This document shows, one piece after another, positions 9,774-18,141 of a DNA stretch of 64,000 nucleotides (within the stretch, counting starts at the first letter, position 1; each line of letters opens with the position of its first letter). Source of the DNA: Patescibacteria group bacterium (GTDB lineage Bacteria; Patescibacteriota; Minisyncoccia; GWC2-36-17; M10-OD1-4); NCBI GenBank assembly GCA_038061695.1, contig JBBTYT010000001.1, forward strand, positions 1,339 through 65,338, in the 5' to 3' direction. The notes beneath the pieces were generated by a model. That model searched no databases. It saw only the letters and a list, made by a program, of their open reading frames with translations, and had not been told where the DNA came from. Made by a program: the position numbers and the translations under genes.

Positions 9774-10979
9774 ATGTTATTTAAATACGAAGCAAAAACA
9801 TATCAAGGTGAAACAAAGAATGGGACGATTGAAGCATCATCACAGAGTATTGCTGTTGACATACTACAAAAAAGCGATTTAATACTTCTTGATATTGTTG
9901 AGGCGTCAGATATTTCATTAGCTACAAAAAAGCTTAAGTTTTTTGAACATATTCCAAAGAAAGAAGTTTTTATGTTTTCTCGCCAGCTTTCTGTTTTATT
10001 TGAAGCTAAGGTTCCTGTTGTGGAATCTTTACGCACAATGATTGATCAAACAAGAAGCGTAGCATTTAAAGAGATTTTGGAAAAAGTAACAAAGAGCGTT
10101 AATGATGGAAATCCTTTATCAAAATCTTTTGCAGAACATAAAAAAGTTTTTTCTGATTTTTATATAAGCATTGTGAAGTCTGGTGAGCTTTCAGGAAATC
10201 TTGAAACCGTTTTCTCTTATTTAGCCGAGTCTCTTGAAAGAGATTATTATTTAACACAAAAAGTCAGAGGCGCAATGATTTATCCCGCATTTATTATATT
10301 TGCAATGATTGCCGTTACATTTGTGATGATGATTTGGGTTATTCCTAATCTTACTTCTGTTTTTACAGAATCAAATATGGAGTTGCCTTTTTTAACTCAA
10401 ATTATAGTTAATATATCAGATGTATTTCAAGAGTTTTGGTGGTTAATACTTTTTGTTTTGGTTGGTGGAGCGACTGGTTTTTGGCAGTGGGTATCAACTG
10501 AAAATGGTAAAATGATCTGGGGCTCAATCCAGCTTGAAATACCAGTTTTTGGCGAGATTTTAACAAAATTTTATCTTGCAAGATTCTCAGATTCTTTAAG
10601 CACATTAATAGTCGGTGGATTGCCAATTGTAAAATCACTAGAGACTTCTGCTGATGTCGTAGGTAATTATACATATAAAAAAATCTTAAGAGAGACTATT
10701 GATGTTGTAAAAAAAGGAGGAACTATAAGTTCAGTTTTTAGAAGATATAAAGAAGTTCCAATTATGGTTACTCAAATGATTTCAATAGGTGAGCAAGCAG
10801 GTAAGCTGGATGGCACATTGAAGACAATTTCTAAATTTTATAGCAAGGAAGTTGAGAGTGCTATGGATAATATGGTGACATTAATAGAGCCATTACTTAT
10901 TTTGGTGTTAGGAACAGGAGTAGGAATATTGATAGTCGCAATTTTAATGCCGATGTATAATCTTACCGCCGCTATATAG
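9774..10979 (+). CDS. pilC: type IV pilus platform protein PilC/GspF
   Basis: FSRQLSVL, GELSGNL, AMIYP, GEQAGKL, LIEP motifs. Confidence 0.95.
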   Translation: MLFKYEAKTYQGETKNGTIEASSQSIAVDILQKSDLILLDIVEASDISLATKKLKFFEHIPKKEVFMFSRQLSVLFEAKVPVVESLRTMIDQTRSVAFKEILEKVTKSVNDGNPLSKSFAEHKKVFSDFYISIVKSGELSGNLETVFSYLAESLERDYYLTQKVRGAMIYPAFIIFAMIAVTFVMMIWVIPNLTSVFTESNMELPFLTQIIVNISDVFQEFWWLILFVLVGGATGFWQWVSTENGKMIWGSIQLEIPVFGEILTKFYLARFSDSLSTLIVGGLPIVKSLETSADVVGNYTYKKILRETIDVVKKGGTISSVFRRYKEVPIMVTQMISIGEQAGKLDGTLKTISKFYSKEVESAMDNMVTLIEPLLILVLGTGVGILIVAILMPMYNLTAAI

Positions 10980-11015
10980 TTTTTAGGTTATAGTTGCTAG
11001 GTTTTAGTTGTTAAA
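10974..11015. repeat. left heptamer array flanking the four-helix-bundle gene
   Basis: atatagt-ttttagg-ttatagt-tgctagg-ttttagt-tgttaaa. Confidence 0.85.
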
Positions 11016-11020
11016 AATTT

Positions 11021-11389
11021 ATGGTTAAAATTAACTCTTATAAAGATTTAATCGTATGGCAAAGGTCTATGCAATTAGTTGAAAATATTTATAAAATAAC
11101 TGAGAAATTTCCCAAAGAAGAAATTTATGGTCTGACTGCGCAAATGAGAAGATCTGCCGTATCAATTCCTTCAAACATAGCAGAAGGAAGTTGTAGGGGA
11201 ACAAGAAAGGATTACGCGCAATTTTTAAGAATGGCATATGGATCTGGCGCTGAGCTTGAAACACAAATAGAGATAGCAAAAAGATTACTAGGAAAACAAA
11301 AAATTGATTATTCTGACGTTGATAAATTTTTAGATGAAGTAATGAAGATGCTTAATTCTTTAATAAAAAGACTAACCACCAACATCTAA
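11021..11389 (+). CDS. four helix bundle protein (23S rRNA IVP / S23 / bAvd-like family)
   Basis: SYKDLIVWQ, FPKEEIYGLTAQMRRSAVSIPSNIAEG and GSGAELETQ family signature. Confidence 0.92.
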   Translation: MVKINSYKDLIVWQRSMQLVENIYKITEKFPKEEIYGLTAQMRRSAVSIPSNIAEGSCRGTRKDYAQFLRMAYGSGAELETQIEIAKRLLGKQKIDYSDVDKFLDEVMKMLNSLIKRLTTNI

Positions 11390-11426
11390 CAACTAAAACC
11401 TAGAACCTAAAATCTAGCACCTAGTG
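11371..11426. repeat. right heptamer array, inverted relative to the left array
   Basis: actaacc-accaaca-tctaaca-actaaaa-cctagaa-cctaaaa-tctagca-cctagtg; includes a 17-nt exact reverse complement of ctaggttttagttgtta in the left array. Confidence 0.85.
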
Positions 11427-11587
11427 AAAGAGTTATTCACAGCTGTATTCAATTTAAAGTTGTTAAAATAAATATTTACTTGTATAATATATGAATATGA
11501 TAAATAAATAATTTATTCAAGGTCGAAAGTTAATCAAATCTTATGAGCCACTTAAGCTTAGGGCTTATGAGAATATTAAAGAAAATT

Positions 11588-12052
11588 ATGAAAAGAAATC
11601 AAAAAGGTTTTACGCTTATCGAACTTTTAGTCGTTATCGCTATTATCGGTATATTGTCTTCTATCGTTTTAGTCTCTTTGAATACTGCCAGAGTAAAAGC
11701 TAGAGATGCTAAGAGAACAGCGGATATGCAAGCAATTTCTACAGCTCAGGTTTTATTTGCTGATTCTCAGACAGCATTTAGATATGTAGCAGTTTCAGCT
11801 GCCGCTTGTACTGGCTGGGATGGTGTTAATTGTCCTCTTGTTACAGACGGAGTTCCAGCATTTTCTACTCTTATGCCAGTATTACCTGTTAATCCTTCAG
11901 CAACAGGACTTTATCATTATAAGAATGTTGGTTCTGATTCTACATATTGTGTAGCGGCTGATTTAGAGTCACCTGCTGGAGATGCATTTGTTTGTACTTC
12001 TGTGCGTTGCGCTAAGTTAACTGTTGTATCTACTGCTTGTGTAGAACAGTAA
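11588..12052 (+). CDS. type IV major pilin candidate
   Basis: MKRNQKG/FTLIELLVVIAIIGIL class III signal; start probably 11588 (ORF track gives 11543); followed by a strong terminator. Confidence 0.88.
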   Translation: MKRNQKGFTLIELLVVIAIIGILSSIVLVSLNTARVKARDAKRTADMQAISTAQVLFADSQTAFRYVAVSAAACTGWDGVNCPLVTDGVPAFSTLMPVLPVNPSATGLYHYKNVGSDSTYCVAADLESPAGDAFVCTSVRCAKLTVVSTACVEQ

Positions 12053-12071
12053 TTTAGATTCTATTTAATTT

Positions 12072-12115
12072 AAAATAAAAATTAGCGCACAATATTGTGT
12101 GCTAATTTTTATTTT
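12072..12115 (+). terminator. intrinsic terminator after pilin
   Basis: aaaataaaaattagcgcacaat/attgtgtgctaatttttatttt hairpin plus T run. Confidence 0.75.
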
Positions 12116-12168
12116 TTTGGAAGTATGATATAATAAATATATCTTTTAATAAATTTTAATCTTAATTT

Positions 12169-12846
12169 ATGAAATATAATATTTTAAAGATGACATTTTT
12201 AATAACTTCTTTTGCTATGCTTTCATTTGTCGGCGCTATCTTAATTAAAAATTCCTACGCTCAGTGGGTTGGCCCCACTGGCGCGCCTCCATCAAATAAT
12301 ACATTGCCCTCTTTAAATACAGGAATTACAGATCAGATAAAAACAGGCGGTTTAACAGTTGGAAGATTAAACACATCAGGGAATATAACTGCAGGCGGAA
12401 TTATTTGTGATTCTTCGGGGTGTATAAATTCTTCTGCTTTAGAAGCAGATCCAACAGTTCTCGCATCTGTTAAAGATGGAGTATCTTGGGCTGAGCTTGC
12501 AACTGTTCCAGCAGGTTTCTTAGATGGTATTGATAATGTTGGAGCAGTTGTCGCAGAAACAGATCCAACAGTTCTCGCATCTGTTAAAGATGGAGTATCT
12601 TGGGCTGAGCTTGCAACTGTTCCAGCAGGTTTCTTAGATGGTATTGATAATGTTGGAGCAGTTACTCTCAATAGTGTTGGAACTAATGAAGTTATTGATG
12701 GCTCTCTAATGATGTCAGATATGAATGCCACGGTTATTCAGGCTAGAATTTCGGGTACTTGTTTATCAGGTATTTCCGTTGTGAATTCAAATGGAACCGT
12801 TGGTTGTGTAGTGGCTGGTTCATCGGAAGCTGTTTACGCTCCATAA
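12169..12846 (+). CDS. secreted fibre/adhesin-like protein with internal repeat
   Basis: signal peptide, WVGPTGAPPSNN motif, duplicated E(A/T)DPTV...GIDNVGAV unit. Confidence 0.65.
   Translation: MKYNILKMTFLITSFAMLSFVGAILIKNSYAQWVGPTGAPPSNNTLPSLNTGITDQIKTGGLTVGRLNTSGNITAGGIICDSSGCINSSALEADPTVLASVKDGVSWAELATVPAGFLDGIDNVGAVVAETDPTVLASVKDGVSWAELATVPAGFLDGIDNVGAVTLNSVGTNEVIDGSLMMSDMNATVIQARISGTCLSGISVVNSNGTVGCVVAGSSEAVYAP
12446..12663 (+). repeat. intragenic tandem duplication, 114-bp period, 104 bp identical
   Basis: 12446-12549 is identical to 12560-12663. Confidence 0.92.
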
Positions 12847-12863
12847 TTTTGAATTAGAAGATT

Positions 12864-13553
12864 ATGAAAAAAACAATAATAATAACAATAATATTTATAC
12901 TTATTACTATAGTTGTTTTTTCTATTTTGTACTTTTCTTTTTCTTTAAAAAAAGGTGAAGATCTAAGTAATGTTACTACATTAAATGAGAGAGAAATTCA
13001 AAAAAATACTCTTGAGATTATAAAAACAAAAGACTTTTCTCTATGCGAAAATATAAGTGATATTACATATAAATCTGTTTGTATAAATAATATTGCGATG
13101 ATGTTAGCAAAAGAGAGCGGCGATATCTCTTATTGTCAAAAAATGGATGGTAAATTAATAACAACTCAAGAGTGTGAAATACAAACTCTCTCTGTAAAAC
13201 TTTCTGAGAGCGGTGATGCAACCTTATGCGATAAATTCACTAATCAAGTATCTAAAGATGATTGTAAAAATGGTTTTTATTTAAGTGTTTCACAAGAGAA
13301 AGGCGATATTTCTTTATGCAAAAATATAAAAAATAAAACAGATTCAGATTTATGTATTAATTCTTACAATACAAGGAAAGTTTTCTTAAATGATCCGGCT
13401 AACTTTGATTGTTCTTTGATGATTGGTGATGATGCAATATCCGATTGCAAGAAAGTAAAAGATATTATAAGTGATTTTGGTAATAATGTCATTTTGTCGC
13501 CGGATAAATGTTTGCAACTCAAAACATCTTTATTTTCAACTTATTGTATATGA
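12864..13553 (+). CDS. membrane-anchored Cys-rich repeat protein
   Basis: N-terminal TM followed by repeated D(I)SxC-x(9-11)-C units. Confidence 0.7.
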   Translation: MKKTIIITIIFILITIVVFSILYFSFSLKKGEDLSNVTTLNEREIQKNTLEIIKTKDFSLCENISDITYKSVCINNIAMMLAKESGDISYCQKMDGKLITTQECEIQTLSVKLSESGDATLCDKFTNQVSKDDCKNGFYLSVSQEKGDISLCKNIKNKTDSDLCINSYNTRKVFLNDPANFDCSLMIGDDAISDCKKVKDIISDFGNNVILSPDKCLQLKTSLFSTYCI

Positions 13554-15070
13554 GATATATTTTTTTATTAATTTTTGCTTTTATATTATCTTCTTTCGGA
13601 ATCAAAGATGTTTTTGCGGCGGAAGGTGATCTTTTGTGGTCAAAAAGCATAGATCAGACATCTAGCCAAGATTCGGCAACAGCTATTGCCGTTGATGCAT
13701 CCGGTATTTATGTTGCCGGGCGTATCCAGAATGTTACTGGCTATGATGCTAAGATAGATAAGTTGTCGCTAGACGGGACAACTGTCATAGCAAGCAGAAT
13801 ACTGAATATAGCAAATCCTTATAGAGCGGAGATCACAGATATAGCTTTAGATGCCACTGGTATATATATATCAGGATATAAGTATGCTTGTTGTCTAGCA
13901 TGGGACCTTGAATGGTTTGTAAAGAAAATATCTTTAGATTTAACAACAGAGATCTGGTCTGATAATCAAAATTATACTGTTGGCGGTAGTACTGAAGATA
14001 CGGCAAATAGCATTGCTGTTGACGCTACTGGTCTTTATGTTGGCGGTTCTATTTTACATGGAGGCGCTGGAAGCAAGTGGCGGTTAGAAAAAAGAAGCTT
14101 AACTACCGGTATTGTCTCGGATTTTGCGATAATAGATGTTGGACCAACCGGTATGTATAATAATCTTAAAAGTATTGATATTGATGCAACAAGTATTTAT
14201 TTAGCTGGTTCTTTTTCTGATTCTTCAAGTAATAAGAATTGGAGGATAGAGAAAAGGGCGATTTCTAACTTAAATACTATTATCTGGGCAAGGAATGTTG
14301 GAACGGGTGCAAATAATATACCTTATAGCATTGCTGTTGATGCTACTGGTGTTTATGTTGGCGGTACTTTTACAACTTGGAATATAAAAAAGCTTTCTAT
14401 TGTTGATGGTACTGTTATTTGGAGTAGAAGTGATTCCACTGTAGTGAACGGCTATCCTGCTAGTATTGATCTTGGAGCACCAGGTAATATCTACTCTATT
14501 GGATATGATATAAAAGTAGGTTCTGATTCTTGGTGGCATTTTGATAAGAGAGATACAAATGGAAATCTTTTGTGGTCGCAAGAAGAAAATCCATCTCTTA
14601 ACTTTGATATTCCATTTGGGGTAGTTATTGATTCTGCAAGCAATGGCATTTATGTAGTTGGCTATGACGCTATTTTAGGAAATGCTAATATTGAGTGGCG
14701 AATAGAGAAGAGAACGCTTTCTCTTATTTGTACTGGTCAAAAAGTATTTGTCTGGACGGATCCTGCTTTAACTGCTGGTCTTACAAAAATAAGAAAGGTT
14801 CATATAGATGAGCTTCGTTCAAATATTAATATTATGCGTTTGGATGCCGGTTTAATAACTTTCTTGTGGACAGATCCTATTATTGCATCAGGAGCTACGA
14901 AGATTAGAGCAACACATATTCAAGAGTTGAGGACAGCTATATTAGATGTTTATACAGCTTGTGGTTCTATAGCGCCGGTCTTTTCTGACGCAACCTTAGT
15001 AGCTGGAACAACAAAAATAAGAAAAGTTCATATAGACGAACTTAGAAGTGCTGTAAATCTTGTTCCGTAA
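13550..15070 (+). CDS. secreted beta-propeller protein with three C-terminal WTDP...KIRxxHIxELR repeats
   Basis: repeated IAVDATGxYVGG...WRIEKR blades; start probably ATG 13550 overlapping the upstream stop (ATGA). Confidence 0.7.
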   Translation: MRYIFLLIFAFILSSFGIKDVFAAEGDLLWSKSIDQTSSQDSATAIAVDASGIYVAGRIQNVTGYDAKIDKLSLDGTTVIASRILNIANPYRAEITDIALDATGIYISGYKYACCLAWDLEWFVKKISLDLTTEIWSDNQNYTVGGSTEDTANSIAVDATGLYVGGSILHGGAGSKWRLEKRSLTTGIVSDFAIIDVGPTGMYNNLKSIDIDATSIYLAGSFSDSSSNKNWRIEKRAISNLNTIIWARNVGTGANNIPYSIAVDATGVYVGGTFTTWNIKKLSIVDGTVIWSRSDSTVVNGYPASIDLGAPGNIYSIGYDIKVGSDSWWHFDKRDTNGNLLWSQEENPSLNFDIPFGVVIDSASNGIYVVGYDAILGNANIEWRIEKRTLSLICTGQKVFVWTDPALTAGLTKIRKVHIDELRSNINIMRLDAGLITFLWTDPIIASGATKIRATHIQELRTAILDVYTACGSIAPVFSDATLVAGTTKIRKVHIDELRSAVNLVP

Positions 15071-15073
15071 TAT

Positions 15074-15847
15074 ATGATATTATTTTTTATATTTTTATTC
15101 GGTCTTATAATCGGTTCTTTTTTGAACGCCGTCATATATCGCCTTGAGGTTGGCGGTTCTTTGGTTACAGAGAGATCTCGCTGTCCGCTTTGTGGAGGTA
15201 CATTAAGCTGGTATGAGCTTATACCTCTTCTATCTTTTTTATTTCAAAAAGGACGCTGTCTTTCTTGCGGTGAGAAGATATCTTGGCAATATCCCATAGT
15301 AGAGCTTTTAACAGGATTTTTATTTCTTTTGACAGCTTTTTTAAAAGAGGGTTCTCTTTTAGATATGACACCAGTAGATATTATATATATTTTTATCGTC
15401 ATGACCTTTTTGGTCTTGATATTTATTTTTGACGGAAAACATTATATAATACCTAATGTAGCTATTTATCCGCTCATTGCTATGTCATTCTTTTACAATA
15501 TATATTCTTTAGGTATTACAGGGCTTTATTACTTTTTAGGAGCATTTATAGCATCGGGGTTTTTTCTTCTGCTTTATCTTATCTCTTCAGGCAAGTGGAT
15601 AGGTATGGGGGATGTAAAGTATGGTGCATTTATGGGTTTTTTCTTACCATGGACGAATGTTCTAGTTGCTCTTTTTATCGCTTATGTTATCGGTGCTATT
15701 TTTGGACTAGCTCTATTGTATTTAAGAAAGAAAGGCTTAAAAAGTGAGATTCCATTCGGTCCATTTTTAATTATAGGGACATTGATAGCATATTTTTTTG
15801 GAACTGATATATTAAGCTGGTATCTAGGCGGAGTTTTTTCTTTTTAG
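15074..15847 (+). CDS. pilD: prepilin peptidase PilD
   Basis: GSFLN, RSRCPLC, GRCLSC, GMGDVK, IPFGPFL. Confidence 0.95.
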   Translation: MILFFIFLFGLIIGSFLNAVIYRLEVGGSLVTERSRCPLCGGTLSWYELIPLLSFLFQKGRCLSCGEKISWQYPIVELLTGFLFLLTAFLKEGSLLDMTPVDIIYIFIVMTFLVLIFIFDGKHYIIPNVAIYPLIAMSFFYNIYSLGITGLYYFLGAFIASGFFLLLYLISSGKWIGMGDVKYGAFMGFFLPWTNVLVALFIAYVIGAIFGLALLYLRKKGLKSEIPFGPFLIIGTLIAYFFGTDILSWYLGGVFSF

Positions 15848-15986
15848 TTGTTAGCTTTTAGAATTAAAATAAAAGAAAAGATAAAAGTGTAAAATGCAAA
15901 GCGAAAAGTTCAAAATAACGACGCAAAATAGAAATAATAAAATATGCAAAATCTAAAATCTAAAACCTATAACCTAAAACCTAGCG
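15842..15986. repeat. inverted heptamer arrays at pilD/minor pilin junction; right array is inside the prepilin leader
   Basis: ttttagt-tgttagc-ttttaga (15842-15862); tctaaaa-tctaaaa-cctataa-cctaaaa-cctagcg (15952-15986). Confidence 0.8.
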
Positions 15987-16540
15987 AGGGCTTTACATTG
16001 ATAGAAATTATAATTGCCTCAGCGGTAATAGCTATAGTTTCTATTATAACTGTAGTTAAGGTAGGTACTGGAAATCAGGAACAGGCACTTTTAAGATCTG
16101 CTCAAAAGCTCGCGTTAGATCTAAGGAGGGCTCAAAATTTAGCACTTTCTCCATTAACTACTGATAATTGTGTTTATGGTGTTACAGGAAAAACGACCAG
16201 TTCTGATAGCTATATTCTTTATGTGGCAACTAGCACATGCGACTCTTTTAGTGATAGGAGCTTCCCAAACACCGGCTCTTATAGCGTCTGTAATGTTGAT
16301 GATGGTTGTCTTGGTAGGTATGAATTTGAGGACGGTGTTGTATTACAGACGGGTAATAATTTTGATATTTCATTTCTTCCTCCAGAACCAATATCTCTTT
16401 CTAATGGCAGAACTGCTGGTCCGCCTGGTTCTGCTTTCAATCCTGGAGGAATAGAAACAATCACCATTAGGTTAGCTAATAATATTGCAAGAGAAAAAAA
16501 AGTAGTAGTAAATAAATTTGGAAATATTGAAATACAATAA
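15944..16540 (+). CDS. minor pilin (FimT/FimU-like)
   Basis: G/FTLIEIII motif, LALDLRRAQNLA, C-terminal VNKFGNI. Confidence 0.8.
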   Translation: MQNLKSKTYNLKPSEGFTLIEIIIASAVIAIVSIITVVKVGTGNQEQALLRSAQKLALDLRRAQNLALSPLTTDNCVYGVTGKTTSSDSYILYVATSTCDSFSDRSFPNTGSYSVCNVDDGCLGRYEFEDGVVLQTGNNFDISFLPPEPISLSNGRTAGPPGSAFNPGGIETITIRLANNIAREKKVVVNKFGNIEIQ

Positions 16541-16546
16541 ACGAGG

Positions 16547-16645
16547 TTTTAGGTTATAGCTTTTAGCTTATAGAATTTATGAAAAAAATTATATTAAAAT
16601 TTAATAAAACTCTAAAACCTAAAACCTATAACCTAAAATCTAATA
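16547..16645. repeat. inverted heptamer arrays enclosing the start codon of the PilV-like gene
   Basis: ttttagg-ttatagc-ttttagc-ttataga (16547-16574); tctaaaa-cctaaaa-cctataa-cctaaaa-tctaata (16611-16645). Confidence 0.85.
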
Positions 16646-17145
16646 GGGGTTTTACTATAGTTGAATCCTTGGTTGCTATAACTATTTTGACTGTTGGCGT
16701 GTCAGCCTCAATAGGAGCTATAATGAGCTCTATTCAACTAGTCTCTAAGACAGAAAATAGAACAATAGCTGTTGGTTTGGCGCAAGAGGGTGTTGAGATT
16801 GTAAGAAATATGAGAGATTTAAATTGGATAGATGGCAATACGCCATGGGATTTGGGGTTAACTGATGATATATTAATCAGTGGTGGTTTCAAAACAGGAT
16901 GCGTTGAGTTTGATAGCGTCTCGTTTGATGTTAATTGTGTTGTCGGCACTTCTTATACTATGAAGCTTATTGATAATGCTGGTAATTTATATTACGGACA
17001 TGATCAATTGAGTCCGGCTACTATATTTTCAAGAACGATTACCTTAACAAGGATCAGCGCTGATGAGATTGTAGTGCGATCTTTGGTTGCTTGTGGAGTG
17101 AATTGCAATATTTCTGTAGAGGAACATTTATTTAATTGGCAGTAG
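16579..17145 (+). CDS. minor pilin (PilV-like)
   Basis: G/FTIVESLVAI, LAQEGVEIVRNMRD. Confidence 0.8.
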   Translation: MKKIILKFNKTLKPKTYNLKSNRGFTIVESLVAITILTVGVSASIGAIMSSIQLVSKTENRTIAVGLAQEGVEIVRNMRDLNWIDGNTPWDLGLTDDILISGGFKTGCVEFDSVSFDVNCVVGTSYTMKLIDNAGNLYYGHDQLSPATIFSRTITLTRISADEIVVRSLVACGVNCNISVEEHLFNWQ

Positions 17146-17170
17146 ATATTCTTTTAACTCGTAGAATAAT

Positions 17171-17713
17171 ATGATAAAAAATAGAAAATTTATAAAAGAA
17201 AAAAATGGATATACATTAATTGAATTAATGCTTGCTATATCTATTTTTTCTATCGCCGTATCAATATGCGTTAATATGTTTATTAACGCTATAAAGCTTC
17301 AAAGAAGCGCTATAGCAGTTCAAAATGTTTCCGATAATGGAAGATATATTATGGAAATAATAGCGAGGGAGATAAGAACAGGAAAAGTTAATAGTTTTAT
17401 TCTTAATGGCACTGATGATCTTTCCTTTCAGAGTAATTCTCCAAATAGAGCTGGAAATACATTAAAATTTTACTTATCCTTATCCGGAGATCAATTAATG
17501 TTTGATGATAATACCGCTGATGCCTTAGAAGCTTTATCTGTAACAGCAACTAATAATGTCGTAGTAACTTTTTTAAGATTTGAAATTCAAAATTCCACAA
17601 AACAACCAAGAATAACAATTTTTTTAAATGTTCAATCTAAAAATCCGCCAGTTGACTCTCAAGATGAAATTTATTTACAGACAACTATTTCGCCAAGAGA
17701 GCTAAGACAATAA
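17171..17713 (+). CDS. minor pilin (PilW-like)
   Basis: G/YTLIELMLAI, MEIIAREIR, LQTTISPR. Confidence 0.8.
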   Translation: MIKNRKFIKEKNGYTLIELMLAISIFSIAVSICVNMFINAIKLQRSAIAVQNVSDNGRYIMEIIAREIRTGKVNSFILNGTDDLSFQSNSPNRAGNTLKFYLSLSGDQLMFDDNTADALEALSVTATNNVVVTFLRFEIQNSTKQPRITIFLNVQSKNPPVDSQDEIYLQTTISPRELRQ

Positions 17714-17718
17714 TAAAT

Positions 17719-18141
17719 ATGAAAAAAATATTTAAAAAAAATGAAAATGGTATAGCTATTTATCTTTCAATCTTAATATTGGCTTCCGTCGTTTCTGTGG
17801 CTTTATCAGTCTCAAGTTTATTGATAGGTGAATTTAAAATATCAGGGGATTTACAGGAATCTTCGGCATCCATTTATGTGGCAGATTCTGGACTTGAGGC
17901 GGCGCTTTATAGTGTTAGACTTGAAACGCTTCTGGCAGGAATATATCCTTGTTCAGATCCTCAATTATTAGGAGCCGCAACAACTATGAATTGTTCTGTT
18001 ACGGTTGATACAGCTTATATAGATATTAATAATTCGCTCTGCAATAATGTACCTTATGATTGTACAAGTATTGTATCTACAGGGCAGAATAATGACGGTA
18101 CATATTTTAGGAAGCTTCAGGCAATATATCAAAATAGATGA
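17719..18141 (+). CDS. minor pilin (PilX-like)
   Basis: G/IAIYL without Glu5, YVADSGLEAAL motif. Confidence 0.75.
   Translation: MKKIFKKNENGIAIYLSILILASVVSVALSVSSLLIGEFKISGDLQESSASIYVADSGLEAALYSVRLETLLAGIYPCSDPQLLGAATTMNCSVTVDTAYIDINNSLCNNVPYDCTSIVSTGQNNDGTYFRKLQAIYQNR

Noticed and set aside
11433-11441. DnaA-box-like TTATTCACA (also TTATCCACT near 38445) as replication origin
   Set aside because: Isolated single boxes; no cluster and no dnaA/dnaN
11021-12663. Diversity-generating retroelement (Avd-like gene near pilin plus a repeat pair)
   Set aside because: No reverse transcriptase in the window; the repeat pair is tandem, in frame and identical over 104 nt, without a pattern of adenine-specific mismatches
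4917-16645. CRISPR array interpretation of the short repeats
   Set aside because: Units are 7-nt, degenerate and contiguous with no spacers; no cas genes
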